A program made the translations under genes and the position numbers. DNA of 63,971 nt, counting the filler. It is 13 parts of 13 records of this genome, joined end to end, with 100 filler letters (N's around TTAATTAATTAA, not from the genome) between each part and the next. Parts side by side here need not be neighbours in the genome. Positions count along the whole stretch, not along the records: positions 1 to 3,612 come from SRR11831585_209; positions 3,713 to 9,241 come from SRR11831585_212; positions 9,342 to 13,863 come from SRR11831585_215; 10 more parts are not named here. One strand, 5' to 3'. Below, piece by piece: positions 1-13,863 of the stretch (its first letter is position 1; each line of letters begins with the position of its first letter). A model generated the notes under the pieces. The model was given only the letters and a program-made list of their open reading frames with translations, ran no database searches and was not told the DNA's origin.

Positions 1-944
1 CTACTTTTCGGCAAACAACCGCTGGAGGGATCAAATTTAGGCACGGCGTGGAAAGTGATCGGGTCTTTTTCTGCCGGTTCATAACCACGACCTTTTTTGG
101 TCATGATATGCAGGAACTGCGGGCCTTTCAGGTCGCGCATGTTCTTTAGCGTGGTGATAAGCCCCAGCACATCGTGACCGTCCACCGGGCCGATGTAGTT
201 AAAGCCCAGCTCTTCAAACAACGTGCCAGGCACTACCATGCCTTTAATATGTTCTTCGGTGCGTTTGAGCAGCTCTTTAATTGGCGGCACGCCAGAGAAA
301 ACTTTTTTCCCGCCTTCGCGCAGTGAAGAGTAAAGCTTACCGGAAAGCAGCTGTGCCAGATGGTTGTTGAGCGCGCCGACATTTTCGGAAATCGACATTT
401 CATTGTCGTTGAGAATCACCAGCATATCAGGACGGATATCGCCCGCGTGATTCATCGCTTCAAACGCCATGCCTGCGGTAATCGCGCCATCGCCAATGAC
501 ACAGACGGTGCGGCGATTTTTGCCTTCTTTTTCGGCAGCAACCGCAATACCAATTCCGGCACTGATGGAGGTTGATGAATGCCCGACGCTTAATACGTCA
601 TATTCGCTTTCGCCGCGCCACGGGAACGGGTGCAGACCGCCTTTCTGACGGATGGTGCCGATTTTGTCGCGGCGTCCGGTCAAAATTTTATGCGGATAAG
701 CCTGATGCCCCACATCCCAAATCAATTGGTCAAACGGGGTGTTGTAGACATAGTGCAGCGCCACGGTCAGTTCGACCGTGCCCAGCCCGGAGGCGAAGTG
801 CCCGCTGGAACGGCTCACGCTGTCGAGTAAATAGCGGCGCAGTTCGTCGCAGAGTTTCGGTAAACTCTCTTTCGGCAACAGTCGTAACTCCTGGGTGGAG
901 TCGACCAGTGCCAGGGTCGGGTATTTGGCAATATCAAAACTCAT
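1..944 (-). CDS. dxs: 1-deoxy-D-xylulose-5-phosphate synthase, 5' part (runs off the window start)
   Basis: Minus strand from ATG at 944 reads [15 protein letters not shown]...; lies immediately downstream of ispA as in E. coli. Missing from the ORF track because there is no stop in the window. Confidence 0.97.
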   Translation of the reverse strand, partial: MSFDIAKYPTLALVDSTQELRLLPKESLPKLCDELRRYLLDSVSRSSGHFASGLGTVELTVALHYVYNTPFDQLIWDVGHQAYPHKILTGRRDKIGTIRQKGGLHPFPWRGESEYDVLSVGHSSTSISAGIGIAVAAEKEGKNRRTVCVIGDGAITAGMAFEAMNHAGDIRPDMLVILNDNEMSISENVGALNNHLAQLLSGKLYSSLREGGKKVFSGVPPIKELLKRTEEHIKGMVVPGTLFEELGFNYIGPVDGHDVLGLITTLKNMRDLKGPQFLHIMTKKGRGYEPAEKDPITFHAVPKFDPSSGCLPKS

Positions 945-968
945 CAGGGGCCTATTAATACTTATTGT

Positions 969-1868
969 TTATTTATTACGCTGGATGATGTAGTCCGCTA
1001 GCGCTTCCAGTGCCGAGGTATCGAGTGACTGTTCAGCCAGTTGTTTCAGCGACTGACGGGCATCGTCGATCAGATCCCGGGCTTTCTTCCGGGCTTGCTC
1101 AAGACCCAGAAGTGCAGGGTAGGTACTTTTACCAAGTTGCTGGTCGGCACCCTGGCGTTTTCCCAACGTTGCAGTATCTCCCACCACATCCAGGATGTCA
1201 TCCTGAACCTGGAAGGCAAGGCCGATGCTCTCTGCATACTTGTCGAGTACCGGCAGAGCACGACGTCCTTTATCTCCGGCGCTTAATGCACCAAGGCGAA
1301 CGGCGGCGCGAATCAATGCGCCGGTTTTATGACGATGAATACGCTCAAGCGCGTCCAGAGGTACGTGTTTGCCTTCCGCGTCTAAATCTAATGCCTGACC
1401 ACCGCACATTCCGGCAATACCACTGGCGCTCGCCAGTTCAGAAATCATCGAAATTCTGTCGCGGTCCGACACTTCCGGCATATCGGCATCGCTTAAAATC
1501 GAGAACGCCAGCGTTTGTAAAGCGTCGCCAGCGAGAATCGCGTTTGCTTCGCCAAACTTCACATGGCAGGTTGGCAAACCGCGACGCAGATCGTCATCAT
1601 CCATTGCCGGTAAATCATCATGAATTAATGAGTAAGCGTGGATACACTCAACGGCGGCAGCGGGTGCGTCCAGCGTGTTTGTGCTAACGCCGAACATATG
1701 ACCGGTGGCATAAACCAGGAAAGGTCGCAGGCGCTTACCACCTAATAATGCGCCATACTGCATGGTTTCGACCACGGGAGTGTTCTGAAAGGGCAGTGGG
1801 GCGATAAAACGGCTCAGCGCCTGGTTGGCCTGCTTAACGCAGGCTTCGAGTTGCTGCGGAAAGTCCAT
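969..1868 (-). CDS. ispA: Farnesyl diphosphate synthase (geranyltranstransferase)
   Basis: 299 aa; GGKRLRP, DDLPAMDDDDLRRG and QVQDDILD prenyltransferase motifs; xseB-ispA-dxs order. Confidence 0.98.
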   Translation of the reverse strand: MDFPQQLEACVKQANQALSRFIAPLPFQNTPVVETMQYGALLGGKRLRPFLVYATGHMFGVSTNTLDAPAAAVECIHAYSLIHDDLPAMDDDDLRRGLPTCHVKFGEANAILAGDALQTLAFSILSDADMPEVSDRDRISMISELASASGIAGMCGGQALDLDAEGKHVPLDALERIHRHKTGALIRAAVRLGALSAGDKGRRALPVLDKYAESIGLAFQVQDDILDVVGDTATLGKRQGADQQLGKSTYPALLGLEQARKKARDLIDDARQSLKQLAEQSLDTSALEALADYIIQRNK

Positions 1869-2110
1869 TACTCATTGTCCGGTGTAAAAGGGGTTAGAGA
1901 GGCGTCTTCATTGTCAGACAGCAGAATTTGTACGCGCTGTTCGGCTTGTTGTAATTTGGCCTGCCCCTGACGTGCCAGCTGCACGCCGCGTTCGAACTCG
2001 TTCAGCGCCTCTTCCAGCGGCAGGTCGCCACTTTCCAGACGGGTTACAATCTGTTCCAGCTCGCTCAGCGCCTTTTCAAAGCTGGCGGGCGCCTCATTTT
2101 TCTTCGGCAT
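1868..2110 (-). CDS. xseB: Exodeoxyribonuclease VII small subunit
   Basis: 80 aa [22 protein letters not shown]...; stop overlaps the ispA start. Confidence 0.98.
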
Positions 2111-2315
2111 AATGAATGTCTGACTCTCAATATTTTTCGCCCCGTCATGGTAACGGACTCAGGGCAAATAGCAAATAACGCGCAATGGTAAGGTGATGTG
2201 CACAGCAAAGCGATGTTAGTGGTATACTTCCGCGCCTGGATGCAGCCGCAGGTGTGGGCTGCTGTATTTTTCCCTATACAAGTCGCTTAAGGCTTGCCAA
2301 CGAACCATTGCCGCC

Positions 2316-3612
2316 ATGAAGTTTATCATTAAATTGTTCCCGGAAATCACCATCAAAAGCCAATCTGTGCGCTTGCGCTTTATAAAAATCCTTACCGGGA
2401 ACATTCGTAACGTTTTAAAGCACTATGATGAGACGCTCGCTGTCGTCCGCCACTGGGATAACATCGAAGTTCGCGCAAAAGATGAAAACCAGCGTCTGGC
2501 TATTCGCGACGCTCTGACCCGTATTCCGGGTATCCACCATATTCTCGAAGTCGAAGACGTGCCGTTTACCGACATGCACGATATTTTCGAGAAAGCGTTG
2601 GTTCAGTATCGCGATCAGCTGGAAGGCAAAACCTTCTGCGTACGCGTGAAGCGCCGTGGCAAACATGATTTTAGCTCGATTGATGTGGAACGTTACGTCG
2701 GCGGCGGTTTAAATCAGCATATTGAATCCGCGCGCGTGAAGCTGACCAATCCGGATGTGACTGTCCATCTGGAAGTGGAAGACGATCGTCTCCTGCTGAT
2801 TAAAGGCCGCTACGAAGGTATTGGCGGTTTCCCGATCGGCACCCAGGAAGATGTGCTGTCGCTCATTTCCGGTGGTTTCGACTCCGGTGTTTCCAGTTAT
2901 ATGTTGATGCGTCGCGGCTGCCGCGTGCATTACTGCTTCTTTAACCTCGGCGGCGCGGCGCATGAAATTGGCGTGCGTCAGGTGGCGCATTATCTGTGGA
3001 ACCGCTTTGGCAGCTCCCACCGCGTGCGTTTTGTCGCTATTAATTTCGAACCGGTCGTCGGGGAAATTCTCGAGAAAATCGACGACGGTCAGATGGGCGT
3101 TATCCTCAAACGTATGATGGTGCGTGCCGCATCTAAAGTGGCTGAACGTTACGGCGTACAGGCGCTGGTCACCGGCGAAGCGCTCGGCCAGGTGTCCAGC
3201 CAGACGCTGACCAACCTGCGCCTGATTGATAACGTCTCCGACACGCTGATCCTGCGTCCGCTGATCTCTTACGACAAAGAGCACATCATCAACCTGGCCC
3301 GCCAGATTGGCACCGAAGACTTTGCTCGCACGATGCCGGAATATTGTGGTGTGATCTCCAAAAGCCCGACGGTGAAAGCAGTTAAATCGAAGATTGAAGC
3401 GGAAGAAGAGAAGTTCGACTTCAGCATTCTCGATAAAGTGGTTGAGGAAGCGAATAACGTTGATATCCGCGAAATCGCCCAGCAGACCGAGCAGGAAGTG
3501 GTGGAAGTGGAAACCGTCAATGGCTTCGGCCCGAACGACGTGATCCTCGATATCCGTTCTATCGATGAACAGGAAGATAAGCCACTGAAAGTCGAAGGGA
3601 TTGATGTGGTTT
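2316..3612 (+). CDS. thiI: tRNA 4-thiouridine synthase ThiI, truncated by the contig end inside the rhodanese domain
   Basis: THUMP region and SGGFDS PP-loop; ORF runs into the N spacer. Confidence 0.97.
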
Positions 3613-3712
3613 NNNNNNNNNNNNNNNNNNNNNNNNNNNNNNNNNNNNNNNNNNNNTTAATTAATTAANNNNNNNNNNNNNNNNNNNNNNNNNNNNNNNN
3701 NNNNNNNNNNNN
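3613..3712. other. Assembly spacer (44N-TTAATTAATTAA-44N)
   Basis: Read directly; identical 100-bp block occurs 12 times. Confidence 0.99.
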
Positions 3713-4675
3713 ATTAACCAGCTCTGTCATTTCAGAAAATTGCCGACGGAACACACGAGTGGTCATTAAATAAACCACCAGCAATACGATAATAATGAAC
3801 GCAAACGGCAGATAAAAAAGTTTATCTGATGCGTTCAATAAATTACCGCCAGGATAATAAAAATAGATTTCGAATAATGCGTTGTTTGGCACCGCTGATG
3901 TTTTTTCGATATATTCAGTATCGACAGAATCAATAATATTATAATTACCTTCGCTATTATAAATAATCAGTTTTTCACGAGCGAGTTGATTCTTGGCAAT
4001 GATCTCATGGCCTTGTTTCAAAAATAGAACTTCATCATTAGCGCTGATTTGATCAAGATACTCGTTCAGATATCGCCAGTTTAAATCGACATGAATTTTA
4101 TCCACCGCTAACAAATCGTGATCTTTGCCGTTGATGTGTAGCGTAAAAGAGATACATTTTTTACCCGGACGATCAAAGCAATTGTATGCCGGATTCCAGC
4201 TGTTGTTAGAGTCATCTGAAGCCACCGACCACGGTCGTTTCGATGGGTTAAAATCGGCAAAAATAACCCGCCCTGACTCGTCGACAAGCGGTCCATTTAC
4301 TTGTTCCTGATGATAAACAACGATTTTATCATTCGCCCTCCGCGAAAAAAGATAATATTTATTATCATCAAGTACCAGTCCCACCGAGTCTAAAAATGGC
4401 ATCATTTCCATTTTAAGAATCACGGCGCGTTGAATCTCCTCTGTATTTTTTAATAAATACAGTGAGTCCTTTAATGTCAGGGCCGAACGTTCAATATCTT
4501 TAAAGAAATAGCCAACGTTTTTCTGAATAAGTTCAAAGCGGCTATCGGCACGTTTTACCGCGCGCTCCGATACCAGTTGATAGTTAATGATGAAAAAAAG
4601 ACCAATAAATGACAGTGCTGCCAATAAAAATAAAATTATCAGCCTTATCTTTATCTTTTCGTATAAACTCAGCAT
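3713..4675 (-). CDS. pdeI: Membrane-anchored c-di-GMP phosphodiesterase PdeI (YliE), N-terminal part only
   Basis: Starts MLSLYEKIKIRL at 4675; TM-periplasmic-TM layout; follows gsiD as in E. coli; AT-rich; truncated by spacer. Confidence 0.9.
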
Positions 4676-4852
4676 GTTAATACATTTAACAAAATAACTA
4701 TCTGAACGCTGTGCCGCTGCAAAAATTGTCCCTTGCTGCGGCTTTTTAACCAAATTACCCGATTCTACAAAATCAGCAGAAAGTTACAACACTTGCTTAG
4801 GGCAATAATTTCCTGTGAGGTGATTACCCTTTCAAGCAATATTCAAACGTAA

Positions 4853-5764
4853 CTATCCTTTAATTTTCGGATCCAGCGCATCGCGTAAACCATCGCCCAA
4901 CAAATTGAACGCCAGTACGGTCAGAAAAATAGCCAGGGCCGGAAAAACAGCGACATGCGGCGCGATAACCATATCCGCTCGAGCCTCATTGAGCATTGCT
5001 CCCCACTCTGGTGTCGGCGGCTGCGCACCGAGGCCGAGAAATGAGAGGCTGGCGGCAGAGATAATCGAGGTACCAATGCGCATGGTGAAAAACACCACGA
5101 TAGAAGAGACGGTCCCAGGCAGGATATGACGCAACAAAACGGTCATATCGCTGGCACCAATACTGCGTGCTGACTCAATAAAGGTTTGCTGTTTCAACAC
5201 CAGCGTGTTGCCGCGCACCAGGCGGGCAAACGCGGGGATGGAAAAAATGGCGACTGCAATAATCACGTTAGCAATGCCGCTTCCCAACACCGCAACAACA
5301 GCGATCGCCAGTAAAATACCCGGGAAGGCAAACAGCACATCGCAAATGCGCATGATCAGCCGATCCCACCAGCCTTCATAATATCCAGCGAGCAAGCCCA
5401 GCAACGTCCCGATCGCCGCACCGATAAACACGGCAAACACGCCCGCCGCCAGCGAGATTTGCGCACCAACCAGGACACGGCTGAAAATGTCACGCCCCAG
5501 TGAATCGACGCCAAACCAGTGCTGCAAAGAAGGTCCGTTATTCAGATTGTCATAATCAAAATAATTTTCGGCGTCATAGGGAGCGATCCAGCGTGCAAAA
5601 ATGGCCACCACAATCAATAAAATAACGAATAATGCGGCGGTCATCGCCATATGCTGACGGCGAAATCGTCGCCAGAATTCATGCCACGGTGTACGTACCT
5701 GGTCAGGTTTGACCAGTGGCATGGCGTTTAACACCGCCTGACGTCGCCAGTTAAATAGTCGCAT
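4853..5764 (-). CDS. gsiD: Glutathione ABC transporter permease
   Basis: 303 aa DppC/OppC-type permease with EAA-like motif ([11 protein letters not shown]). Confidence 0.96.
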
Positions 5765-5766
5765 CC

Positions 5767-6687
5767 TTACTTGTACCTGATAGCCGGGTTAATGGCGGCG
5801 TAAAGCACATCCACCACTAAGTTGATAAGAATAAATTCCAGCGAGAAAAGCAGAATTTCCGCCTGAATCACCGGGTAATCACGCATTTCTACGGAGTCAA
5901 CGAGTAAGCGTCCAAGTCCCGGCCAGTTGAAAACTTTCTCCACAACGATGGAACCACCGAGCAAAAAGCCAAACTGTAAGCCCATCATGGTCACTACCGG
6001 GATCATCGCGTTACGTAGCCCGTGTTTGAGGACAACCCAGGTTTCGCTCACCCCTTTCGCCCTCGCGGTACGCATATAATCTTCGCTTAAAACATCGACA
6101 AACGACGCGCGGGTAAAGCGCGCCATCACGGCGGCCACTGCCGCGCCGAGCGTCAGGGAGGGTAAAATGTAGTGCTGCCAACTGTCTGCTCCCACGGTAG
6201 GCAGCCAGCCCAGTTCAACGGAGAATACCTGAATTAAAAGCATCCCCAGAGCAAATGCCGGAAACGAGATCCCCGACACCGCAATGGTCATACTCAATCG
6301 ATCCGGCCAACGGTTACGCCAGACGGCGGCGATAATTCCCGCCGCCATACCAAATATAACCGCCCAGACCATACTGGTTATGGTCAGCCACAGCGTTGGC
6401 ATAAAGCGGCTGGCAATCTCATCGGCAACCGGACGACGCGACACCATCGACAGGCCAAAATCCCCCTGCACAGCATTGCTGATATAGTGCCAGAACTGGT
6501 GATACAGCGGCTGATCCAACCCCAGCTGCTGACGCACCAGTTCTATAACCTGCGCATCAGCTTCGGGCCCGGCAATCAATCGCGCCGGATCGCCGGGCAG
6601 CATATGGACAAATAAAAACACCAGCACCGAGACGATAAACAGCGTCGGAATCAACCCCAGTAAGCGTTTGATAACGTAATTAAGCAT
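5767..6687 (-). CDS. gsiC: Glutathione ABC transporter permease
   Basis: 306 aa DppB-type permease (YMRTARAKG). Confidence 0.96.
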
Positions 6688-6704
6688 TCCACTCCCTGCG
6701 TTGC

Positions 6705-8243
6705 TTATTGCAAATCCGCGTCTTCAAAGCTGAAGCCGGTGTCTGGCATGATCCAAAAACCGGTCAGGTTTTTACTGTGTGCCGACACCAGTTTTTCTAC
6801 CACCAGCGGGATCCACGGCGATTCTTGCCAGATGATATCCTGCGCCGCCTTATATAAGCGGGTCTTTTCCGCCGGATCATTAGTTTTCAGTGCCTGAGCC
6901 AGGAAGTCATCCACCTGTTTATTGCTGTAAAACGCGGTATTAAACAGCGTCGGTGGCCAGTTCTGCGAGGCAAACAGCGGCGATAGTGCCCAGTCCGCTT
7001 CGCCGGTTGAAGCCGACCAGCCAGTGTAGAACATCCGCACGCCGCTCTCTTTTTGCCCTTTACCTTCAACTTCTGCCGCCCGCTGTCCGGCATCCATCGC
7101 AGTCACCTGGGCTTTAATCCCGACCTGCGCTAACTGCTGCTGGGTAAATTGCAGCACTTTCTGCGCGGTGCTGTGGTTATGTGACGACCACAGCGTGGTA
7201 CTGAAACCGTTGGGATATCCCGCCTCTTTCAGTAATTCGCGCGCTTTCACTGGATCGTAAGGCCACGGTTTATAACTTTGCGCGTAGGCGATACTTGGCG
7301 GTACCACACCAGTAGCTGGCGTTGCATAGCCCGCAAAGGCAACTTTCACCAGCGCCGGACGGTTAATGGCGTAATTCAGCGCCTCACGGACCTTCGGGTT
7401 ATCGAACGGCTTTTGCGTCACGTTCATACTGATATAACGCTGCATAATTGACGGACTGGCCATCAACTCGATATTTTTGTTTTTCTCCAGCAGTGTGGCC
7501 TGCTCGTAAGGAATGGGGAAAGCAAACTGCGCTTCACCGGTTTGCAGCATTGCCGCGCGGGTGTTGTTATCCGCCACCGGACGCCAGGTTATGCTGTCCA
7601 GTTTGGGCAATCCTGGCTGCCAGTAACCCGCGAATTTTTTCACCTTCACAAAATCGGTCTGATTCCAGGTATCCAGTTCATACGGTCCGGTTCCCACCGG
7701 ATAAAAACCAATCTCCTTGCCATATTTTTCCAGCGCTGCCGGTGAAATCATCGCGGTCGCCGGATGGGCAAGAATATTAATAAACGCTGAGAACGGCTGT
7801 TTGAGGGTAATCTTTACCGTTGTCGGATCGATCGCTTCCGTTTTAGCAATATTCTTATACAGGTTATAGCGTTTAAGATGATTCGCCGGATCGCTGGCCC
7901 GGTCCAGATTCGCTTTCACCGCCGCGGCGTTGAAATCGGTGCCATCCTGGAATTTAATGCCTTCCCGCAATTTCACGGTGTAAGTAATGCCGTCATCGGA
8001 AACGGTATAACTCTCCGCCAGCACGTTTTTCAGTTTCATCTCTTTATCCAGACCGAACAGCCCCTGGTAAAACGATTTCGCTACGGCCTGAGATAACGTG
8101 TCATTTGCGTCATACGGATCGAGCGTGGTGAAATTCGATCCTACCGCCACCACCACATCTTTGGCAGCGAATGCACAAGATGCCATCAACGCTGTCGCAA
8201 TGCCCAGCGCCACTAACCCACTACGGTGTACAGCTCTTGCCAT
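6705..8243 (-). CDS. gsiB: Glutathione ABC transporter periplasmic binding protein
   Basis: Start MARAVHRSG at 8243 gives 512 aa with a signal peptide; family 5 solute-binding protein. The ORF-track start at 8510 overlaps gsiA. Confidence 0.96.
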
Positions 8244-8262
8244 TTTATTCTCCGCCTGAATG

Positions 8263-9241
8263 TTATCTACGCATGAATGCGTATTCTGATTGTGGTTGTG
8301 CGACGTAATGCCCCGGCCCGACGCATTGCAACGAGACGGCTGCCACCTCTTCGCCACGCAGATGAATATTGCTGGGAAGATCGTCCGACAGCAGTACACG
8401 CTGCGGTCGTTGTCGGGACGGTTCAGCGACCGGAACTGCCGCCAGTAATTTACGCGTATAAGGATGCTGCGGGTTTTCGAAGACCGCGCGCCGTGGACCA
8501 ATTTCAACAATTTGCCCGAGATACATCACCGCCACACGATGACTAATCCGCTCTACCACCGCCATATCGTGGGAGATAAACAGATACGCAATGCCGAAAT
8601 CACGCTGGAGATCGAGCAACAAGTTGATAATCTGCCCGCGAATAGAAACATCCAGCGCCGAAACGGCTTCGTCGGCAATGATCACTTTTGGATTCAATGC
8701 CAACGCGCGAGCAATGCAGATGCGCTGGCGCTGACCGCCGGAAAACTCATGCGGGTAACGCCAGGCATGTTCAGGTAACAGGCCCACGCGCTCCAGCAAC
8801 CACGCAACGCGTGCAGCCGCGTCTTTACCTGGCAATAAACCGTGTACACGCAGCGGTTCGATAATCGAATCACCGATGGTCTGACGTGGGTCCAGCGAAG
8901 CGTAAGGGTCCTGAAAAATAAACTGAATATCCCGGCGTAATGCCTGAAGTTTGCCGGGTGACAAGGTATCGATTCGCTGACCGTTAAAGATAATTTCGCC
9001 GCCCTGCGATTCGACCAGGCGCAGCAACGCCCGCCCGGTAGTGGATTTACCGCTGCCAGACTCGCCCACCAGCGATAGCGTTTCGCCAGGCCAGAGATCA
9101 AAACTGACTTTCTCAACGGCATGCACTTCCCGCGTTACGCGATTCAACAAACCGCTGCGCAAAGGGAAACGGGTGACAAGATTACGCACTCGTAAAACAG
9201 GTTCGCCATCCACCACCGTTTTCTGCTCGATGGGGGGGGCC
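8263..9241 (-). CDS. gsiA: Glutathione ABC transporter ATP-binding protein, C-terminal half
   Basis: GESGSGKS Walker A, FSGGQRQR signature; 5' part cut by spacer. Confidence 0.96.
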
Positions 9242-9341
9242 NNNNNNNNNNNNNNNNNNNNNNNNNNNNNNNNNNNNNNNNNNNNTTAATTAATTAANNN
9301 NNNNNNNNNNNNNNNNNNNNNNNNNNNNNNNNNNNNNNNNN
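9242..9341. other. Assembly spacer
   Basis: 44N-TTAATTAATTAA-44N. Confidence 0.99.
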
Positions 9342-10223
9342 TCCATAGCTTATTTATGGTTTGGTAACCGACTGGGAATGAATTTACGTCCGGTACTGCT
9401 GATGCTTGAGCGACTTAAAGAGTGGGTAATGCTCGATATCTACCTGGTCGGCATTGGCGTTGCTTCTATAAAGGTACAGGATTATGCCCATATCCAGGCT
9501 GGTGTCGGCTTGTTCTCTTTTGTGGCGTTGGTGATTTTAACGACGGTGACGTTGTCACATCTTAATGTCGAAGAACTGTGGGAGCGATTTTATCCGCAGC
9601 GCCCCGCTACGCGTAGGGACGAGAAACTTCGTGTCTGTCTTGGGTGCCATTTTACCGGCTATCCAGATCAGCGTGGTCGCTGCCCGCGTTGCCATATCCC
9701 GCTACGCCTGCGTCGCCGTCATAGTCTGCAAAAATGCTGGGCGGCGCTGTTAGCGTCAATCGTTTTATTGTTACCTGCCAACCTGTTGCCTATTTCTATC
9801 ATTTATCTGAACGGAGGACGGCAGGAAGATACAATTCTTTCCGGAATTATGTCGCTGGCAAGTAGCAACATTGCGGTTGCAGGAATCGTGTTTATCGCCA
9901 GTATTCTGGTACCGTTTACTAAAGTGATCGTCATGTTCACTTTACTGTTGAGCATTCATTTTAAATGCCAGCAAGGTTTACGCACACGCATTCTGTTACT
10001 GCGGATGGTGACCTGGATTGGTCGCTGGTCGATGCTCGACCTGTTTGTCATATCTTTAACCATGTCGCTGATTAATCGCGATCAGATCCTCGCTTTTACT
10101 ATGGGACCGGCTGCGTTTTATTTCGGCGCAGCGGTAATTTTGACTATTCTTGCTGTGGAATGGCTGGACAGCCGCTTACTTTGGGATGCACATGAGTCAG
10201 GAAACGCCCGCTTCGACGACTGA
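9342..10223 (+). CDS. letA: PqiA-family inner membrane protein LetA (YebS), 5'-truncated
   Basis: CxxC...CxxC zinc ribbon, [11 protein letters not shown]qiA motif; overlaps the letB start. Confidence 0.94.
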
Positions 10224-12825
10224 AGCGCAGATTAAAAATAAACGCCGTATCTCACCTTTCTGGCTGCTGCCGTTCATCGCGCTAATGATTGCCAGTTGGC
10301 TGATTTGGGACAGTTATCAGGACCGGGGTAATACCGTCACCATCGACTTTATGTCGGCGGATGGTATTGTTCCAGGCCGTACGCCTGTTCGTTATCAGGG
10401 CGTTGAAGTCGGAACAGTGCAGGATATCAGCCTCAGCGACGATCTTCGTAAGATTGAAGTCAAGGTCAGCATCAAGTCCGATATGAAAGATGCGCTGCGC
10501 GAAGAGACTCAGTTCTGGCTGGTGACGCCAAAAGCATCGTTGGCAGGTGTCTCCGGGCTGGACGCCCTCGTCGGTGGGAACTATATCGGCATGATGCCGG
10601 GTAAAGGTAAAGAGCAGGATCACTTTGTCGCACTCGATACCCAACCGAAATATCGGCTGGACAATGGCGATCTGATGATCCACCTGCAAGCCCCCGATCT
10701 CGGTTCGCTGAACAGCGGTTCATTGGTCTATTTCCGCAAGATCCCGGTGGGAAAAGTCTACGACTATGCCATCAATCCCAACAAGCAAGGCGTGGTGATT
10801 GATGTCCTGATCGAGCGGCGTTTTACCGATCTGGTGAAAAAAGGTAGCCGTTTCTGGAACGTTTCCGGCGTTGATGCCAACGTCAGTATCAGTGGCGCGA
10901 AGGTGAAACTGGAAAGCCTGGCGGCACTGGTTAACGGTGCGATTGCCTTCGATTCACCAGAAGAGTCGAAACCTGCCGAGGCGGAAGATACCTTTGGTCT
11001 GTATGAAGATCTGGCCCACAGCCAGCGTGGCGTAATAATAAAACTGGAACTGCCGAGTGGGGCCGGATTAACCGCCGACTCGACGCCGTTAATGTATCAG
11101 GGGCTGGAAGTCGGACAGCTGACTAAACTGGATTTAAATCCTGGTGGTAAAGTCACAGGGGAAATGACCGTTGATCCCAGCGTCGTTACCCTGCTTCGTG
11201 AAAATACCCGCATCGAATTACGCAACCCGAAATTATCCCTTAGCGATGCTAATCTCAGCGCCCTGCTGACCGGCAAAACCTTCGAGCTGGTGCCCGGCGA
11301 TGGCGAGCCACGCAAAGAGTTCGTTGTTGTGCCAGGCGAAAAAGCACTGCTGCATGAACCTGATGTTCTGACGCTGACCCTGACCGCGCCGGAAAGTTAC
11401 GGTATTGATGCGGGTCAGCCGCTCATTCTTCACGGCGTGCAGGTAGGCCAGGTTATCGATCGTAAACTCACCAGCAAAGGCGTCACCTTTACCGTCGCCA
11501 TCGAGCCTCAGCATCGCGAACTGGTAAAAGGCGATAGCAAATTTGTCGTCAACAGCCGTGTCGATGTGAAGGTGGGGCTGGATGGCGTTGAGTTTCTCGG
11601 TGCCAGCGCCTCAGAATGGATCAATGGCGGGATACGTATTCTGCCGGGCGATAAAGGTGAGATGAAAGCCAGCTATCCACTGTATGCCAATTTGGAAAAA
11701 GCGCTGGAGAACAGCCTTAGCGATTTACCCACCACAACCGTGAGTTTGAGTGCAGAGACGCTGCCGGATGTGCAGGCAGGATCGGTAGTGCTGTACCGTA
11801 AATTTGAAGTTGGTGAAGTGATTACCGTGCGTCCGCGAGCTAACGCGTTTGATATCGATCTGCATATTAAGCCGGAGTATCGCAACCTTCTGACCAGCAA
11901 TAGCGTGTTCTGGGCAGAAGGCGGGGCGAAAGTTCAGCTGAATGGTAGTGGTCTGACCGTACAGGCATCCCCGCTCTCCAGAGCATTAAAGGGAGCCATT
12001 AGCTTCGACAACCTCAGCGGTGCCAGCGCCAGTCAGCGTAAAGGCGATAAGCGTATTCTGTATGCTTCCGAAACAGCGGCCCGTGCGGTTGGCGGGCAGA
12101 TTACGCTTCACGCTTTCGATGCCGGAAAACTGGCGGTCGGGATGCCAATTCGCTATCTCGGTATTGATATCGGGCAAATCCAGACGCTGGATCTGATTAC
12201 CGCACGCAATGAAGTACAGGCAAAGGCGGTACTTTACCCGGAATATGTCCAGACCTTTGCTCGCGGTGGTACGCGCTTCTCAGTGGTCACACCGCAAATT
12301 TCGGCAGCTGGCGTTGAGCATCTTGATACTATCCTCCAGCCGTATATCAACGTCGAACCAGGCCGGGGCAATCCTCGCCGCGACTTTGAATTACAAGAGG
12401 CCACCATTACTGATTCGCGTTACCTGGATGGCTTAAGCATTATTGTTGAAGCGCCGGAAGCCGGTTCGTTAGGCATCGGTACGCCTGTGCTGTTCCGTGG
12501 TCTGGAAGTCGGTACGGTTACAGGAATGACGCTGGGGACATTGTCAGATCGCGTGATGATTGCGATGCGCATCAGTAAACGCTATCAACACCTGGTGCGT
12601 AACAATTCCGTCTTCTGGTTGGCATCGGGTTACAGTCTGGACTTTGGTCTGACGGGCGGCGTAGTGAAAACCGGCACCTTTAACCAGTTTATCCGTGGCG
12701 GCATCGCCTTCGCCACGCCTCCGGGTACGCCACTGGCACCGAAAGCCCAGGAAGGCAAACACTTCCTGTTGCAGGAAAGTGAACCGAAAGAGTGGCGTGA
12801 ATGGGGAACTGCGCTTCCCAAATAA
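10192..12825 (+). CDS. letB: Multi-MCE-domain lipid transport tunnel LetB (YebT)
   Basis: Start MSQETPAS at 10192 gives 877 aa; repeated MCE motifs (e.g. [24 protein letters not shown]). Confidence 0.96.
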
Positions 12826-12833
12826 TGCCCACT

Positions 12834-12857
12834 GCTCCGGCGTGCCTGCGCCGGAGC
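12834..12857 (+). terminator. GC-rich hairpin after letB
   Basis: GCTCCGGCG...CGCCGGAGC inverted repeat followed by GTTT. Confidence 0.45.
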
Positions 12858-12904
12858 GTTTATGCTAAACTGCGCGCCTGTTTTTTTGCCAGTGGTACAT
12901 GCTC

Positions 12905-13863
12905 GTGGCCCAACACACCGTTTATTTCCCGGACGCCTTTCTGACACAAATGCGCGAAGCGATGCCTTCGACGCTCTCATTTGATGATTTTCTTGCCGCC
13001 TGTCAGCGCCCGTTGCGCCGCAGCATTCGCGTTAATACGCTGAAAATCTCCGTTGCTGATTTCCTGCAATTAACCGCTCCTTATGGCTGGACGCTTACGC
13101 CAATTCCGTGGTGTGAAGAAGGTTTCTGGATTGAACGCGACAATGAAGATGCATTGCCATTGGGTAGTACCGCCGAGCATTTAAGTGGCCTGTTTTATAT
13201 TCAGGAAGCCAGTTCAATGTTGCCTGTTGCCGCCTTGTTTGCTGACGGTAATGCACCACAGCGGGTGATGGATGTCGCTGCCGCGCCTGGCTCCAAAACG
13301 ACGCAAATTTCCGCGCGGATGAATAACGAAGGGGCAATCCTTGCCAATGAGTTTTCCGCCAGTCGGGTAAAAGTGTTACATGCCAATATCAGCCGCTGTG
13401 GTATCAGTAATGTTGCGCTCACACATTTTGATGGCCGCGTGTTTGGTGCGGCAGTGCCAGAAATGTTCGATGCCATTTTGCTGGACGCTCCCTGCTCTGG
13501 CGAAGGCGTGGTGCGTAAAGATCCCGATGCGCTAAAAAACTGGTCACCAGAAAGCAATCAGGAAATCGCAGCTACACAACGGGAGCTTATCGACAGCGCC
13601 TTTCATGCATTACGTCCTGGTGGTACGCTGGTTTACTCGACCTGTACCTTAAACCAGGAAGAAAACGAAGCCGTTTGCCTGTGGCTGAAAGAGACTTACC
13701 CCGACGCAGTAGAGTTTTTACCACTTGGCGATCTCTTCCCTGGTGCAAACAAAGCGCTGACCGAAGAAGGCTTTTTGCATGTTTTCCCACAAATTTACGA
13801 CTGCGAAGGCTTCTTCGTTGCTCGTCTGCGTAAAACTCAGGCGATTCCCGCCTTACCCGCCCC
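12905..13863 (+). CDS. rsmF: 16S rRNA m5C1407 methyltransferase RsmF, 3'-truncated
   Basis: [25 protein letters not shown] and VYSTCT NOL1/Nop2 motifs; GTG start at 12905 (alternative ATG at 12899). Confidence 0.96.
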